This document shows positions 35,049 through 51,025 of a stretch of 64,000 nucleotides of DNA, piece after piece; within the stretch, counting starts at the first letter, position 1; every line of letters starts with the position of its first letter. The translations under genes and the position numbers were made by a program. The notes under the pieces were generated by a model. The model had not been told where the DNA came from, ran no database searches, and worked only from the letters and a program-made list of their open reading frames with translations. Source of the stretch: the human T2T-CHM13v2.0 reference genome, Homo sapiens; assembly GCF_009914755.1 (NCBI RefSeq), contig NC_060926.1. One strand, written 5' to 3'.

Positions 35049-35344
35049 TTAATAATAAAACATTAAATTTTTTCTGTGATTTTTTTAAAATACAGGATTA
35101 TGTGCACCTAAATGGAGAATTCTTGTCCTATACCCATATAGAAATACCCCCACAGAAAGCCAATCAGTGAAATGGTTTTATTTGGATCCCCAAATGGGGA
35201 AATATAACCAGCCTTCATCAAAACAGATTTGTAAAGCATGCCCTCAGATTACTACAGAAAACTGACCGTGAAGAGCTAGATTTTTTCTTTTTTAAAAGGC
35301 GAATTTTCTCATACATACTTCTGTTTTGTAAAAATATAACTCTA

Positions 35345-35716
<372 letters not shown>

Positions 35717-37007
35717 TTAAGATTATTTAAGGGAAAAGAACTATAAAATTTAATTTTATTTAAAGGGTCAAATAACATATGGGCACCTTCTCCCAAGATA
35801 ATTTAAGCAAACAAAGAAAGGAGAAGTTAACATTTCCTAAGTACCCACTAAGAGCCAATACCACAACAGGCTCTCTCCTGTTAGTTCATTTACTCCTCAT
35901 AATGGTACTTCTCATGATAACAAAATTGAGGCTTACAGTAGTCACGGTCCTGTGTCTAGTAACCCTAGAAACAAGAAAGCTTAAGTTTTAGGGAGAACAT
36001 GATTCATCTAACTATACCAACACATAATGTTACTTGAAATAATTACTCTGAAAACATGCCCTGGGGTACAAACTTGATATGTGCATATTATAGCTATGGC
36101 TTTAAAATGCAGAGAAAAATATACAAAATTAAACATGCCAAAATACTAACAAGTATTTTAGGATCCGGTGAATTTTTTCTCCCATCTGGTAGCTCAACTT
36201 TAAATAACATGGCAATAATATTCTAGCTTAAAAAGTGAAAGTATTTCCGTGTTTGAGTATACCCTCTTAAAAATTTACTGAGCCAAATATTTCTTGTTAG
36301 ATATATGACTTAAGCTATGTGAACCTACCACAGACCAATTTTCAAGGACCAAAGAGCCTTTAATAATATATATGCCCAACATCATGCTATGAAACAGTTA
36401 AGTGACAAGATTATTCTTGTCAATGACAAGATAAATGGCTTGAAAATGTTCTCATAAAACCCAAACTTTTACTAACCCAAGTATGCTGTGTCTACAAATT
36501 CAAAAAGAATATGAAAAATTATAAAATAGCCTACAAAGCCAATGTTTGAAGAGTTTTTAAATATTTTATCACCATTATGACAGCACAGCATTGCAAAGAG
36601 TCATTGCTATACACAGTCACTGAAATATAGCACATTCAGGTAAGTTTCCAAAATCATACACTTTTCAAAATTCCTAAATACATTTTTCTTGAGTTCTCAC
36701 TGGGCACTCAACACAGTACTGTATTAGATTCCTTGTCAGTCACAAGCTCTATTATCCCACTGAAACAGGCACTTATCTATTAAAACGGTATTAGGACTTG
36801 AGAGATATCATAGAATCTTACAATTACCGTACAATAGTCTGTATGTTGCCTAAAGTTTACTTTAGCCACACTTCATAATTTAAAAGAATGCAGATGGAAA
36901 ATTTAACTATCTAGATTGTAAGCTCTAGGAAGGCAGACATATTTTGGTTTGTTTTCCTGAGGTATCCTCAGAGTGCAGAATGGTCTCCAGAACATACACA
37001 CACTAGG

Positions 37008-37328
37008 TAGAGTTCGAGCATTCCTAATCTGAAAATTCAGACAACTCCAAAATCTGAAACTTCTTGAGCACTGACATGACACCACAAGTGGAAAATTCCA
37101 CACATAAGCACCCAACACAAACTTTGTTTCATGTGAAAAATTATTTAAAATAATGTGTAAAATTACCTTCCAGCTATGTATATAAGACACATGAATTTCG
37201 TGTTTAGACTTGGGTTCCATCGCCAAAATAGCTCACTCTGTATAAGTAAATATTCCAAAACTCGAAAAAATTCTAAATCCAAAACACTTCTGATTTGAAG
37301 CATTTTGGATAAGGGATACTCAACGTGT
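37008..37328. mobile_element. Tigger4/MER46-like DNA transposon remnant
   Basis: Ends GAGCATTCCTAATCTGAAAA ... TTTTGGATAAGGGATACTCAAC form imperfect TIRs. Confidence 0.75.
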
Positions 37329-38627
37329 ATTTGTTAAATGAGTAAATGAGGCCTTAAGTGGGAATAACATAAGGTGAGGAAAAATTAATCCAACAAGAAT
37401 GTATTTCATGTCTACTACGTGCAAGACACCAAGAATCCAGGCGGAGTATGTCACAGGGCCTGACCTTAAGAGCTGCTGTCTGATGAGGAGCCAGCCAAGC
37501 ATACTGTAACAGTATAGTGTGACATGCACTATTCACAAAGTATGTATATGATATTTCAAAAGTGTACTGGAAGTGCATCTATATGAAACTGAGCTGCAAA
37601 AAAAGGTGTGCAGACAACAGGCATGTCTGCATGCAGTTTGTGATGGCTGAGTTAAGACGGGAGGGTGGGGAGAGGCATACAGTACCAGCAGAGGCAATTA
37701 AAGCAGGAGGCAAAAAGGAAAATTATAATTGGCTTTTGGAATGCTCTCCATGATATATCCATCACATAACTCTAACACCATTTCTATGTGTGACTTGATT
37801 TATTTTAGTTGAAACTACAGAAATCATCTCTAGCTAAGTCCAGAAAAAAAGAACAATCTTCTCAGGATCAAAGTCAGTTGAATGACTAAACACTTGGGAA
37901 GGTTAAGTACCAACGCAGCACAGAGAGCTTAGAAAAGGGAACTCAAGGATCATTTTACTAGAGTACCATCAGTAACATGACTCAGCTATACCCTGTCTAG
38001 AACCTAAATTATAAATCCCCAAGAGAGATGACTTAACTGGCCAAGGCAATATTAGAAACTGTGACTCAATCAGTTACAGCTGGATCGGGGCACAGCACTG
38101 GGAGTCACTCCCAAAGAAGTGAGAGACACTGGGCAGTCATCCAAAACTCACCCGCTACACTCTACCCCAGATTTCCTGACACATGGTGTAGCATTCCAAA
38201 ACAAACCCTTACAAGGACACTGCATAAGACAATGATTGTAAAATTTAGGAATCCTCATGAATTTTTTATGAGTTTCACGAAAACATAGCATTATGTATGG
38301 CATGACAGGGCAAAAAAGGGGAGAAATCACTACAGTAAAGAAGTACTAGTTTAATAGACTCGAGCTAAAGAATACACTTAGACAACACCACCACAGAATT
38401 TGGGACGAGTATGCTGGAAATTATACAGTTAAGCTTAAAAGTTATCAAAACAATATCCAAAGTTTTTAGAGTGGTTTTGGCAATTAAATTGCAAGCTTAA
38501 AAAAAATCCAACAGACAGTTTTTTAAAAGTCAGATGAGTACAACAAACCAACAGTTGAAACTGACATTTAATGTCATTTCTAAAATAATGTAACACATTT
38601 CCTAGTTGTAATGGTAAAAGAAATTGA

Positions 38628-39004
<377 letters not shown>

Positions 39005-39719
39005 TTAGCCATCATTCACACTGCAGTTATAAATCACTGGTTATCCATCATAATAAACAATCTTGTTTATCTCAGTCTACAAAGAATAACCACACTTCTT
39101 ATGACCAGGGCCACAATACACAGAGAGATAACTGACATTCTTAAACTGCAAAGTAAATAAAACTGCTATAAATCAAATAATAATTTGTAAAGTATTCAAA
39201 TTTCAAAGTATTATATCGTCAAATGGAAACGTGTATAGACCCAAATAACTCAGGACACTTTGTTTCTTCTTTACTGGTGAGAAGTGTCAAACTCAAAGTA
39301 CTTGATGTTGCATACTACTCTACCATTATAAACTGGTAAAATGCTCAACACTAAACCACACAGTACATTCCATGAGGAAATATCTATAGGACCATTTTCA
39401 AAAACATGTTTCACGGGACCTTAGTTCCAGAAGATATAGCTGAAACTATCATACTGGACTTTGTCAATGCGTATCAGTTTAATGAGCATGAAAGAATCTG
39501 AGAAACCCTGCAGTAAAATACATAATGCTGTCAATCCAATGTAGTTCCTGGAGTGTTGCAACACTCTGAGAAACTCCCAAGCACACACTTAATATAATGA
39601 AGCTATAAACCAGAATGTCCCTTGTGTCCCCTGTCTATCAAAAGTTGGTTGATCTTAGAATAAGAGTCAGAAACAAAGGCACTCCTGATGAATACCAGAA
39701 AAAAAAATTCTACACAAAG

Positions 39720-39993
39720 CTTGTTTTTTGTTTGTTTGGTTTGTTTTGTCTTTTTGAGACAAGGTATCACTCTGTCACCCAGGCTGAAGTGCAGTAGCAT
39801 AACCATAGCTCAGTATAGCCTTGAACTCCTGGGCCCAAGAGATCATCCTGCCTCAGTCTCCCAAGTAGCTGAGACTACAAGCACACGCCACCACGTCCGG
39901 ATAATTTTTTTTTTTTTTGTAGAGACAGTCTGTGTTGCCCAGGCTGTTCTCAAATGCCTGGCCTCAAGTGATCCTTCCGCCTTGGCCTCCCAA
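39720..39993 (-). mobile_element. Alu (AluJ-like)
   Basis: Reverse diverged dimer. Confidence 0.85.
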
Positions 39994-40084
39994 CCAAGTT
40001 TAAGATTTTATAATAATGATGCAAACTCTTGCCTACCTCTTTAGACTCACTTCTTTCCACTCACCATCAACCCTATGTGTTACA

Positions 40085-40265
40085 CCAGCAGTTCCCAAAC
40101 TTCAGTATGCTTAAGAATCACTTGGGGAACTTTGGAGAAAACCATACAAACTTTTGTGCTTCTCACCTCCAGATATTAATTCAGTGTATCTGGGAAAGGT
40201 GTCACAGAATCTGAATTTTGACATGTGGTCCACATGATTCTGACCACATTTTAGAAATTCTACTC
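40085..40265. mobile_element. MER5-like hAT transposon remnant
   Basis: CAGCAGTTCCCAAACTT...AGAATCACTTGGGGA pattern. Confidence 0.6.
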
Positions 40266-40439
40266 CAGTTCCAGCAGAGTGGAACCACTAACTTTGCGCC
40301 TTTACAAATGCTGTTCCCTTTACCAAGAATATCTTTCTTCTACCTTGTCTTTTTCGTGCCTAAAAACTTGCCAAAAATACTCGCCCCATGAAGTCTCTTC
40401 CATCTTTCTCCCTAGGTAGAATGGATGGACTTTGTGCAA

Positions 40440-40680
40440 CATAATGTGACAGTTAAGGCTGTGGAATTTAGAGTCAGAAAGACCTGAGGTCCAAGCCCCA
40501 GCTCTGCTATTTTCTACTATGTGATCAAAGGACATTTTCCTAACTCTTCAAAGCTTCCATGTCCTTGATCTGATGGAATTAGGAATACTATCTATACCGT
40601 AGAGGGCAGTTCTGAGGACTAAAAGCATGCAAAGCCGTTAGCACAGAGCCTGTGAATATTCAATAAATGTTATGCACCAT
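40440..40680 (+). mobile_element. MIR
   Basis: MIR-like core and 3' end CAATAAATGTTA. Confidence 0.65.
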
Positions 40681-42204
40681 CAGTAACAAAATCTCATTAA
40701 TTATTAATTACAAAACATTCACCCCTTCAAGACTCAGCTCAAATACATCCTGTGACGTCTGCTGACCTGGTTAGCCATTCCCTCCCTTCATATCCCCATG
40801 GCATCTTGTACGCTCACACTTCACTGAAAGGTGATTTACACATTTATTTACATTTATCTGATACACTGACCTTAAGATCAGAGGCTATTCTGTAAAAATG
40901 TATCTTTTACCTGCAGCATAAAAAAGACACTCAAAATACACTCACTAAAATGAAGAAACCCCACAAGCAATGCTTAACATAAAATAAATGGAAAATAATG
41001 TTTGCATTAAACATTATTAGAATCAAAGACAAAGACTGAAAACTAAAACAGGAAAATGTAGACAGAATCAAAAGAACTAATAAGAAATAGGACAGCAATG
41101 GCCAAGACAAATCTTCTAGTTGTTTTGATGTACTCCCCCATAAGGATGCTTTCCTTATACTAACACAACCTCCTGGTGGAAAGATCCAAACAAGAGCAGA
41201 CTTTTTCTTTTACTCAATTCAAGTAATGTTGGAGCTAAAGGAGTTGTCACTGACTTCAAGGGCAGATGGCTGGGCCCACTGTGCTTTGCTTACAGTCAGA
41301 GAACCATGAGAAGCCAGGTTCCATTCCCAAACAACATCTTCCTCAATGTCTCACACTCCATTTTTTCCTGTGGGACGCTCAGGAGGGTACTTCTATATAT
41401 AGATAAAATCTACAGGCTTCTGGATGTTAAGATAAGCATTTCCTTTGATACATTTTCCATGAAACAGAAACCAGCTGAATCAAAACCACACAGCTAATTG
41501 GCAAAAATACTGTCTAAAAGAATATATGGTAAAAATAACAAAAACTAGAACTGGCAACTAGTTACAACTAGGTCACATTTGACGGCCACCCCTCACTTGG
41601 TGCTCAAATTGCTTTATTAAAAAGTTACATTTCCAGTGATTACTATTCGAAAAGATTTTTACAGAGTTTTCCCCCTTCTTCCCTATCTGTCCTACCACAA
41701 AAGGTGTGAAGCCATCTAACCCAAACTTAATTATTCAGCATTACCTTCCATTAAGCTATTCCATTTTCTAGCCACAATAATCATTCCTGAAATATATCAA
41801 GTCCTTCTTAATGTTAGGCCCTGTACCTGTTGCTCTTCTAGCTAGACAGAATTACCACCACCCCTATCGCCACCCCTAACCCGTTTCTCCAACTGGCAAT
41901 GTCTCTCATTCTTCTGTCAGCTGAAATATCTTGGCTACTAAGCCCATCCTCCCTTCCTCTCAGTGCTTGGTATGTATCCTTTCTACAATGACGCACTATA
42001 TAGTAGTCACCTATTTATAGGTCTGCCGCACCCACATGGATACCTTAAAGTTTTAAGTTTGCATTGCTATGCCTAGTAAACAATAAACATTCAAAAATGT
42101 TTATTGAAAGACATGAATAATAAATTATCACACATTATATAAACTTAAGCAAGAGTGCCAATTTTTTGGGAAATGCATTCCAATCTAAAGATTTAATTAT
42201 CTGG

Positions 42205-42509
42205 TGGGGCACCATGGCTCACACCCATAAAACCCAGCACTTTGGGAGCGCAAGGTGGGTGGATCACCTGAGGTCAGGAGTTCAAGACCAGCCTGGCCAA
42301 TAGGGTGAAACCCTGTCTCTACTAAAAATACAAAAAGTAGCTGGGTGTGGTGGCGCATGCCTGTAGTCCCAGCTACTCAGGATGCTGAGGCAAGAGAATT
42401 GCTTGAACCCAGGAAGCAGAGGTTGCAGTCAGCCAAGATCACACCACTGCATTCCAGCCTGGGTGACAGAGTGAGACTGTGTCTCAAAAAAAATAAAAAA
42501 CAAAAAAAA
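42205..42509 (+). mobile_element. Alu (AluS-like)
   Basis: Full dimer plus A tail. Confidence 0.9.
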
Positions 42510-43141
42510 GGTTTAATTAACTTGATTTGGAAACCATATAATAACACAGTTGGGGACAGAGAAAAAAATGTCAACTATCCAGGCTGCACATGAGGTACGG
42601 GGTAATTGGGAATACAAAATATTCAAAGAAAGATGTGTAAAACTTCTATAGGCTTCTGGATTGAGAAATCTAAACTGCAATACCTTTTCTTCAAATTTAA
42701 GAAACTATCTTTCCATGTATGCTTCCAACTAATCTATTAGGAAAAGACAATTTGATACCTAATTGTTATAATTTTTTAGTAAGGGAATATAAAGATAAAA
42801 ACAGAAAAAAAAACAGCTAGTAAAGAAAGGTTTATCTTTATTCACATGAAAGGGTTCTTCGCAAGGTTCTTCTAAATCTTGAATTTTTTAGTACATTTTG
42901 AGTTAGCTCTTGCATGCTTATAAAAATGGGTTACCATATAAAATGGCATAGTATTCTACCAAATTATTTTCTTTTTTATTTGAAACATTAATGAGCACTG
43001 CAGAAATAAGACGAATGCAAATCACACCCAAAGATCACCATCATTTACATTTTAGTCCTTTCAATCTCTTCTATGTGTAAATTTACTTTAAAAAAATTAA
43101 ACTAGGACCTAGAATCACAATAATAGCCTGTATCTTTCAAA

Positions 43142-44242
43142 TAATAACAGCAGGAAGCAGACAAATTCCTAGGCAGATAGGGGTGGGTCCCTGGTGAAAT
43201 GTGACCTTCAAGCCAAAGACAGCTTAAACCCTGAAAACTGAGCTGCTAAAGCACCTGACCGGAATGAGAACCTTTATTCCCGTTTGCCTGCTCTTTCCTG
43301 AGTGGTTCTTTCTGAATAATGCTAATTTTTAACTAATCAAATGTTGCCTTTCCCAAGGCTACCTACAGCCCATACTCCCCAATTCTGAGCCTATAAAAAC
43401 CCCAGAGTTAGCCACACATTGGGGACAACCCACCTTTGGATAGGGGCTGCCCACTTCAAGTCCCCTTGCTGCTGATAGCTGTTCCGTCACTCAATAAAAC
43501 TCTTCCCTACCCTGCTCACTCTCGGTTGTCCGTGTAACCTCATTCTTCTTGGATGCAGGAAAAGCACTTGGGACCCGCCAAACGGAGGATGCAAAAAGGG
43601 GTGTCTAACACTGTACCCCTCCCTCCTGCTTACCCAGCAATGGGGGAGAAAAAGTCGCTGGGCATGGCATACCACCGTTCACCAACGCCGTGGGCAGCAG
43701 GAACAAATAAGAGCTGTAGTGCTTCTTGAGAGCCCAGACCTCGAGACTCTCCAAAACAGGGTTGTAATATGCCCCTGCTCACCAAGCCCTTGGCAGTGGG
43801 AACTGAGCTGTGACATCCTTGGGGCTCTGCAGTTCCTGGCATCTCCGAGTTTTCAGGCACCACCACATCCCCCTCGTCTGGACACCGGTGCCTTCTATGG
43901 AAATTGCTGCGGCACACTGTGTCCAGCTGCAGCCTCACACGGAGCCAGCGCCTGTGTCGGTGCCTGGAGCTGCCCGCCCGCTGCAGCAGCTGACCCGCCT
44001 GGCTGTGTGCTGTAACCAGACCCTGCACTCACTCATTCACACACCCCTTGCCATTCCATACCTGTCTTGCCTGCAGAGGCCGGTAGCAAAAACCAAGTGC
44101 AGCCTGCCAGGCCGAGTGGGCAGGGTGAGTCCAGGCGAATCCAAGTGAGCCCAGAGCCCAGCAAGGCCCAAGCAGGGGCACTGCTGACCCCAGAGGTTTC
44201 CTGCCAACCGGAAGTGGCACTCTCCAAAAAAATCCTGCATCA
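43142..44242 (+). mobile_element. Solo ERV1-class LTR (LTR1/LTR27/LTR28/MER52 group), antisense to IWS1
   Basis: Characteristic start CAGGAAGCAGACAAATTCCTAGGCAGATAGGGG; TATAAAA at about 43392; AATAAA at 43493; ends AAAATCCTGCATCA; flanks CAAA/CAAG. Confidence 0.8.
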
Positions 44243-44409
44243 CAAGTAACATGTTCAATTCTCCATGTCACTAAATATTCTTTGAAAGCAATTCCAATAG
44301 CTGCATTGCCATTTTTATAAATGTTCTATTTACAGTTTAATCGCTCATTTTCTACATTGTTGAGTATTTGTTTCCTTTCTTATGTTTATTACACCTCATT
44401 TGTCCATTT

Positions 44410-44610
44410 CAGTGTTTTCAACCCAAGGGCGGCTCTGGGTCTTCACCCAAGGGGTTAGTGGGAAATTCGAGGGGCTGTTTTTGGTCATCAATGATGGGGA
44501 GGATGTGTTACTAGCATTTCATTTAATGCCCAGTAACCAAGATGCTAAATGTCCTGTTAATATACAGGCATGCCCCCAAATATCCACAACTGGCTTGCTA
44601 AAAATCTCTT
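44410..44610. mobile_element. MER20-like hAT remnant
   Basis: TTTTTGGTCATCA...GATGCTAAATGTCCTG pattern. Confidence 0.55.
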
Positions 44611-44829
44611 GTTCAGGAAAGCAACACAAGGCTGCTCTCTCTGGAGGTGTGGCCACAGGCAGGACCCGGAGGACCTCACCCATACACACATAGAGGAAAC
44701 TCCATGAGATGAAAGAGCTCAATGGGCCCAATACAGATTGCGCTAACAGACAAGAGAAGCATAATAGGTCCCTTTGGGATTTAAACTGGGGAATATGCAA
44801 AAGCCTGACCAATCTGTAAGAGATAAACA

Positions 44830-47470
44830 AGAAGTCAAACAAGGACTTTTGGCATCACAGAATGAGAAGCTCTACCGACCTCCCCAGTGAAAATTATTAA
44901 AAACAACCACTTAAAGCCTCTACAAATGGTCCTAACGGCAAAGGGCAAATGAAGAAACGCCTACACAAATTCCACAAGAGAGATTACTTGAACCAAGATC
45001 AATCCCTCCTTCCAACCTCACAATTCAGTGAGGCTGACTCCACTCCAGATTGCTGCAGCCAGAAATACAGAGTTCCTTCTCCATCCTGCTTCAGTTAGAG
45101 GGCTTCCTTCCCAGGAAGAGCAGGGCATCAGCATCTCTCATCCGGCTCCCCAGTGCCTGCTGCTGTGGCTAAGTTCCGAAAGACTGCAGTTGAGAAGTGG
45201 AGATTCCCATCTTTTGCCCAACCCTCACTTGCTTAAAGAAGGCTCTACCTTGGGTGGACCACACTGAGAATACTGGGGCCCTAATCACCCTTGGGCCGGC
45301 TTGTGAGACCATGCCAAGAGATGCAAGCTGAAAGGATTTCAGGTTACTAACTCATTCCCACTCCTCCACTCCCTACCCAGAGCTCAGTGTTTAAAAAAAT
45401 ACAGAAGGCAGCCTAGGCAACGTGGCAAAACTCCATGTCTACAACACAAAAATTAGCTGGGCGTGTGGTGTATGCCTGTGGTCCCAACCACTAAGGAGTC
45501 TGAGGCAGGAGAATCTCTTCAACCTGGGCAGTGAGCCGAGATCGCGTCATGGCACTCCAGCCTGGGCGACAGTGAGACTCCGCACCCCGCCCCCGCAATA
45601 CACACACACAAAATAGAAAAGGAGAAAACAGCTGAATAGAATTACTAGACATAAGCTCAATGAGAAAAAAAAGAGGACTTCAACAATACTATAAATCAAC
45701 TAAATCAGATATCTAAAGAAATAGGCCTGGCACAATGGCTCACACGTGTAATCCCAGTACTGCTGAGAGGCCAGGGTGGGAGGAACCACTTGAGGTCAGG
45801 AGTTCAAGACCAGCCTGGGCAACATAGCAAAATCCCTCTCCACAAAAATTTTAAAATTAGCCAGGCATGATGGTACGCAACTGTAGTCCTGGCTACTCAG
45901 AGGTATGAGGCGGGAAGACTCCTTGTGCCCAGGAGTTCAAGGTTACAATGAGCCATAATTTTTTCACATGCCCGCTGTGTCAAAGTGAGCCACAAATACA
46001 CCACTGCACTCCAACCTAGGCAACAGAAGAGACCTTTTTTAAAAACAAAACAAAACCTTTATTCAACAATATATATTCTTATTAAGCGCATGGAACATTC
46101 TCCAGGATAGACTATGTGCTAGGCCCTAAAACAAACCCTGACAAATTTAAAAGAATAGCAATATACAAGGTTTGTTCCCCCACTACAATGAAATAAGATT
46201 AGAAATAGTAGGAAAAGTGTTTAGGAACAATATGAATATGAAATTAGTAAGATAATTCCATTTACTAAACATCAAAGAGAATAACATAAATTTAACAAAG
46301 AAATCGAACATGTATACACGGAAAACTATAAATCACTGTTAAAAGCAATTAAACACTTAAATAGACATCCCGTGTTCTTGGATGAACAGACTTTACACTA
46401 CCAAGATGGCAATATTCCCCAAACTGGTCTACAGATTCGGTGCAATCCCCCATCAGAATCCCAGCTAACTTCTCTGCAGAAATCAACAAACTGATTCTAA
46501 AATACACAGGTAACTCCACGAGACCCAGATTGGCTAAAAGAATCTTGAAAAAGAACAAATTAGGACTCATACTCTCCAATATCAAAACATACTACAAAGC
46601 AATAGTAGTTAATACACTAGTACAGGCACAAGGATAGATGCAGACATGAGTAAGTTTTTAAAGTCCAGAAATGAAGCCATATATCCTATGGTCAACAGAT
46701 TTTCAACAAGGATGCCAAGACCATCCAATGGGGAAAGAACAGTCTTCTCAACAAATGGCAATGGGATAACTAGACAGCCAATGCAAAGAATAAAACTACA
46801 CCCCAAAAAGTCAGGTAATAATTGCCGACAAGAGTATGGAGAAATCAGAACACTTACACTCAGCTGGTATGAATGTAAAATGGTGTAACCACTGTGGAAA
46901 ATAGTCTGGCAGTTCCTCAAATGATCACACAGAATTACGTTATGAGCCAGCAATTACCTCCCTAGGAATAAACCCAGGAGAACTGAAAACATATGTCTAC
47001 AAAAAATTTGTACACAAATGTTTATAGCAGCATTATTCATAATACCAAAAGAAACAATCCAAATGTCATCAGCTGATGAATGGATAAGCAAAATATAGTA
47101 TATCCATATAATGGAATATTATTTACCACAAAAAGGAATGAAGTACTCATGTGTGCTACAACATGGCTACACCCTGAAAATATTATGCTAAGTGAAATAA
47201 GTCACAAAAGACCATATTTTACCATTCCATTTGTAAGACATGTCCAGAACAAGGACTTCTATGAGACAGAAAGTATATCAGTGGTTGCTGAGGACTGTGG
47301 GGTGGGGAGGGGTAGGCAAAGGGAAGAGGAGGTTAGAAAGGTAACAGCAAAAGCGTTTCTTAGGTGATGAAATTCTAAAACCAACTGTGGCGATAGCTGG
47401 GCTACTGTGAAATACTAAAGATCACTGAATTGCACAAATTGTATAGTATGTAAATTGATCTCAATAGAGC
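44830..47470 (+). mobile_element. Old L1 fragments (5' region, ORF2 pieces, 3'UTR) with nested Alus at about 45409-45585 and 45724-46055
   Basis: CATGGAACATTCTCCAGGATAGAC, CTACAGATTCGGTGCAATCCCCATCAGAATCCC, GCAGCATTATTCATAATA L1 hallmarks. Confidence 0.8.
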
Positions 47471-47479
47471 CCTTTTTTG

Positions 47480-47781
47480 GGCCAGGCACGGTGCTCATAC
47501 CTGTAATCCCAGCACTTTGGGAGGCCAAGGCGGGCGGATGGCTTGAGCTCAGGGGCTTGACATCACCCTAGGCAACATGGCAAAACCCCATTGCTACTAT
47601 AAATACAAAAATTAGCTGGGCATACTGGCGCATGCCTGTGGTCTCAGCTACTTGGGAGGCTGAGGTCTGGATCACTTAAGCGTGGGAGGTTGAGGCTGCA
47701 GTGAGCTGTGATTGTGCCACTACACTCCAGCCCGGGCGACAGTGTAAGATTCTGCCTCAAAAAAGAAAAAGAAAAAGAAAA
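47480..47781 (+). mobile_element. Alu (AluJ-like)
   Basis: Full dimer plus A-rich tail. Confidence 0.9.
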
Positions 47782-47807
47782 GCTGCTTTTTAAAGGACAG
47801 GCGATTC

Positions 47808-48123
<316 letters not shown>

Positions 48124-48868
48124 TGATCTTTTTAAAGATCAACGTTGGTGCAAAAAAACCCATGACGAACAAAATATTTAAAATGTGAAGACAGGATAAC
48201 CAGTACTGGTTTTTCCTTTTCCCTCTGGCTCAAATATAGACCAACACAGCATTGTTACTGATCCTAACTTTAAAGATTTTGATATTTTGTTCATTTTTTT
48301 TTGCATTCATTTTGAGTTTTAAAATATCATTTATCTTGATTACTGAGTGTTTTTCAAATCTTGGAGAAAAAAATAAAGCCAACCATACAAGAATAAACAG
48401 AGATGTTATTAGAAATGGCCATTAGGCAGGGCCATCAATGACAGATGGACAGAACAAGCTACCTAGACAGAAAGATTTACAGCCCATTACATACATGTGT
48501 TACAGTAAACTCTTGTTTTCTTAAGGTAGTCTGATATGAGACTTGTTCTGTCACCTGTCTGAGATTATTTATAGACATATACAATTACTTTAAGAAAAAA
48601 TAAGTTTTTTTTTAATAACTAAAGGAGCTTTCTAATAAAGTGGTTAAGAAATCTGCAAAAGTTACTGGTCTTCAAAATCTTATCAGTATTTCCTATACTG
48701 ACCACTATCTTAAAGATTGTGTGTGTGTGTGTGTGCGTGTGTGTGCACTGAGTAAATACTATAGGTGAAATGAATTTAAAAAAAATACTAGCCTAAATTC
48801 TAAAATACAGATGAGGGGTTTAAAAAAAAAATACCATTATTGGGAAAATTATGCTGTGAGTACCATCT

Positions 48869-49368
48869 TATGGTAGCAAAATAATGGCCCTTCAAAAATG
48901 TCCACGTTCTAACCCTTGGAACCTGTGAATATGTCACTTTACATGCAAGGGACTGTGCAAATGTAATTAAGGTAAGGACCTTGAAATAGGGACATTACCC
49001 TGGATTATCCAGGTAGGCCCAATTATAATTACAAAGGTTCTTACAGGAGGGATACAGGAAGGTCAGAGTAAGAGAGAGATATGATGACAGAAACAAGAGG
49101 TCAGAAAATGAGTTGTGAAGATGCTATGCTGCTGGTTTTGAAGATGGAGGAAGGAGCCTCAGCCAAGAAATGCAGGTAGCCACTACAAACTGAAGAAAGC
49201 AAGGAAATGTATCTTCCCTCAGAGAAGAACACAGACCTGGGACACCTTGATTTTAGTCCAGTGTGACCCATTTTGGACTTGACCTCCAGAATTATAAGAT
49301 AATAATTTTTCGTTGTTTTAAGCCACCAAGTTGTATCAAGTTGTTACAGCCTCAAGAGGAAACTAGTA
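48869..49368 (+). mobile_element. MaLR solo LTR (MLT1D-like)
   Basis: ATAATGGCCC...GGAACCTGTGAATATGT...CCTGGATTATCCAGGT...GACCTCCAGAA...TTGTTTTAAGCCAC. Confidence 0.85.
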
Positions 49369-49405
49369 TCTTTCAGGCTTTGGACCTGTAATTTGTACTG
49401 CCCCA

Positions 49406-49744
<339 letters not shown>

Positions 49745-50220
49745 TAACATCCCATTACTTCTAAAAAAAAATGTTTAATGAGAAAACAAAATGTCTTCTT
49801 AAAAGCCATTTTAAACAGGCAAAAGAACATTAATACAGAACTCAACACTTATACACAGTACAACTGGCACTCTTGAAGTACTAGTGGTTTAGCAAATTAC
49901 CATAACCTTCCTGGAGAGGAATTTCTATGAAGAGCCTTAAAATGTCTTAGTCTCTAATCTCGTTAATTCTCCTGGCAGCTTTCTAAGGAAACAATAAAAA
50001 ATGATCACAAATGTTTATGTACAAAAATCTTCAGGGCAGCTTCAGTTATTTAATACAATAGCTAAACAGCATAAATGACAACAATTAGAAAATTGCTGAA
50101 TAAGTGATGCTGCATCCATATTGTGAAACCATTAAACATTACGCTTATTGAGAATCTTTAATGACGTGGGGAAACACTTAAAAGTATCATCTTAAGTGAA
50201 GAGATAAAAAATAATACATA

Positions 50221-50545
<325 letters not shown>

Positions 50546-50668
50546 TTAAAATATATAGACGTCATATACCTGGGACAGAATGAAACTGCAGGATAAATAA
50601 TGTGAAAAGGCTCATAGTCATTTCTGTAGTTGGACTATGCTGGTTTTAATTTTTTTCTTTAAACTTCA

Positions 50669-51025
50669 CAGATGCAGGAGTGCCTCAACTTATTATGGGG
50701 TTACAGCCTGATAAACCCATAGTAAGCTGAAAATATAATTAAGCCAAAAACGCATTTCATACATCTAATCTACCAAACATCACAGCTTAGCCTAGCCTAC
50801 CTTAGATGTGCTCCAAACACTTACAGAGGTAAGACCTACGGTTGGACAAAATCACCCAACACAAAACCTATTTTATAATAGAATGTTGAGTATCTCATGT
50901 AATTTACTGAATACAGTGAAAAAACAGAACGGTTGTATGGGTACTCAAAGTATACATACAGCACTTGCAACATCGCAAAGTTGAAAATTTTTAAGTCAAA
51001 TTATAGTTTAAGTCTGGGACAGTCT
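50669..51025. mobile_element. MER47/Tigger5-like DNA transposon remnant
   Basis: ATGGGGTTACAGCCTGATAAACCCATAGTAAG...GCTTAGCCTAGCCTACCTTA signature. Confidence 0.75.

Noticed and set aside
43487-44271. Cluster of overlapping ORFs on both strands
   Set aside because: GC-rich LTR sequence depleted of stop codons; no recognisable protein
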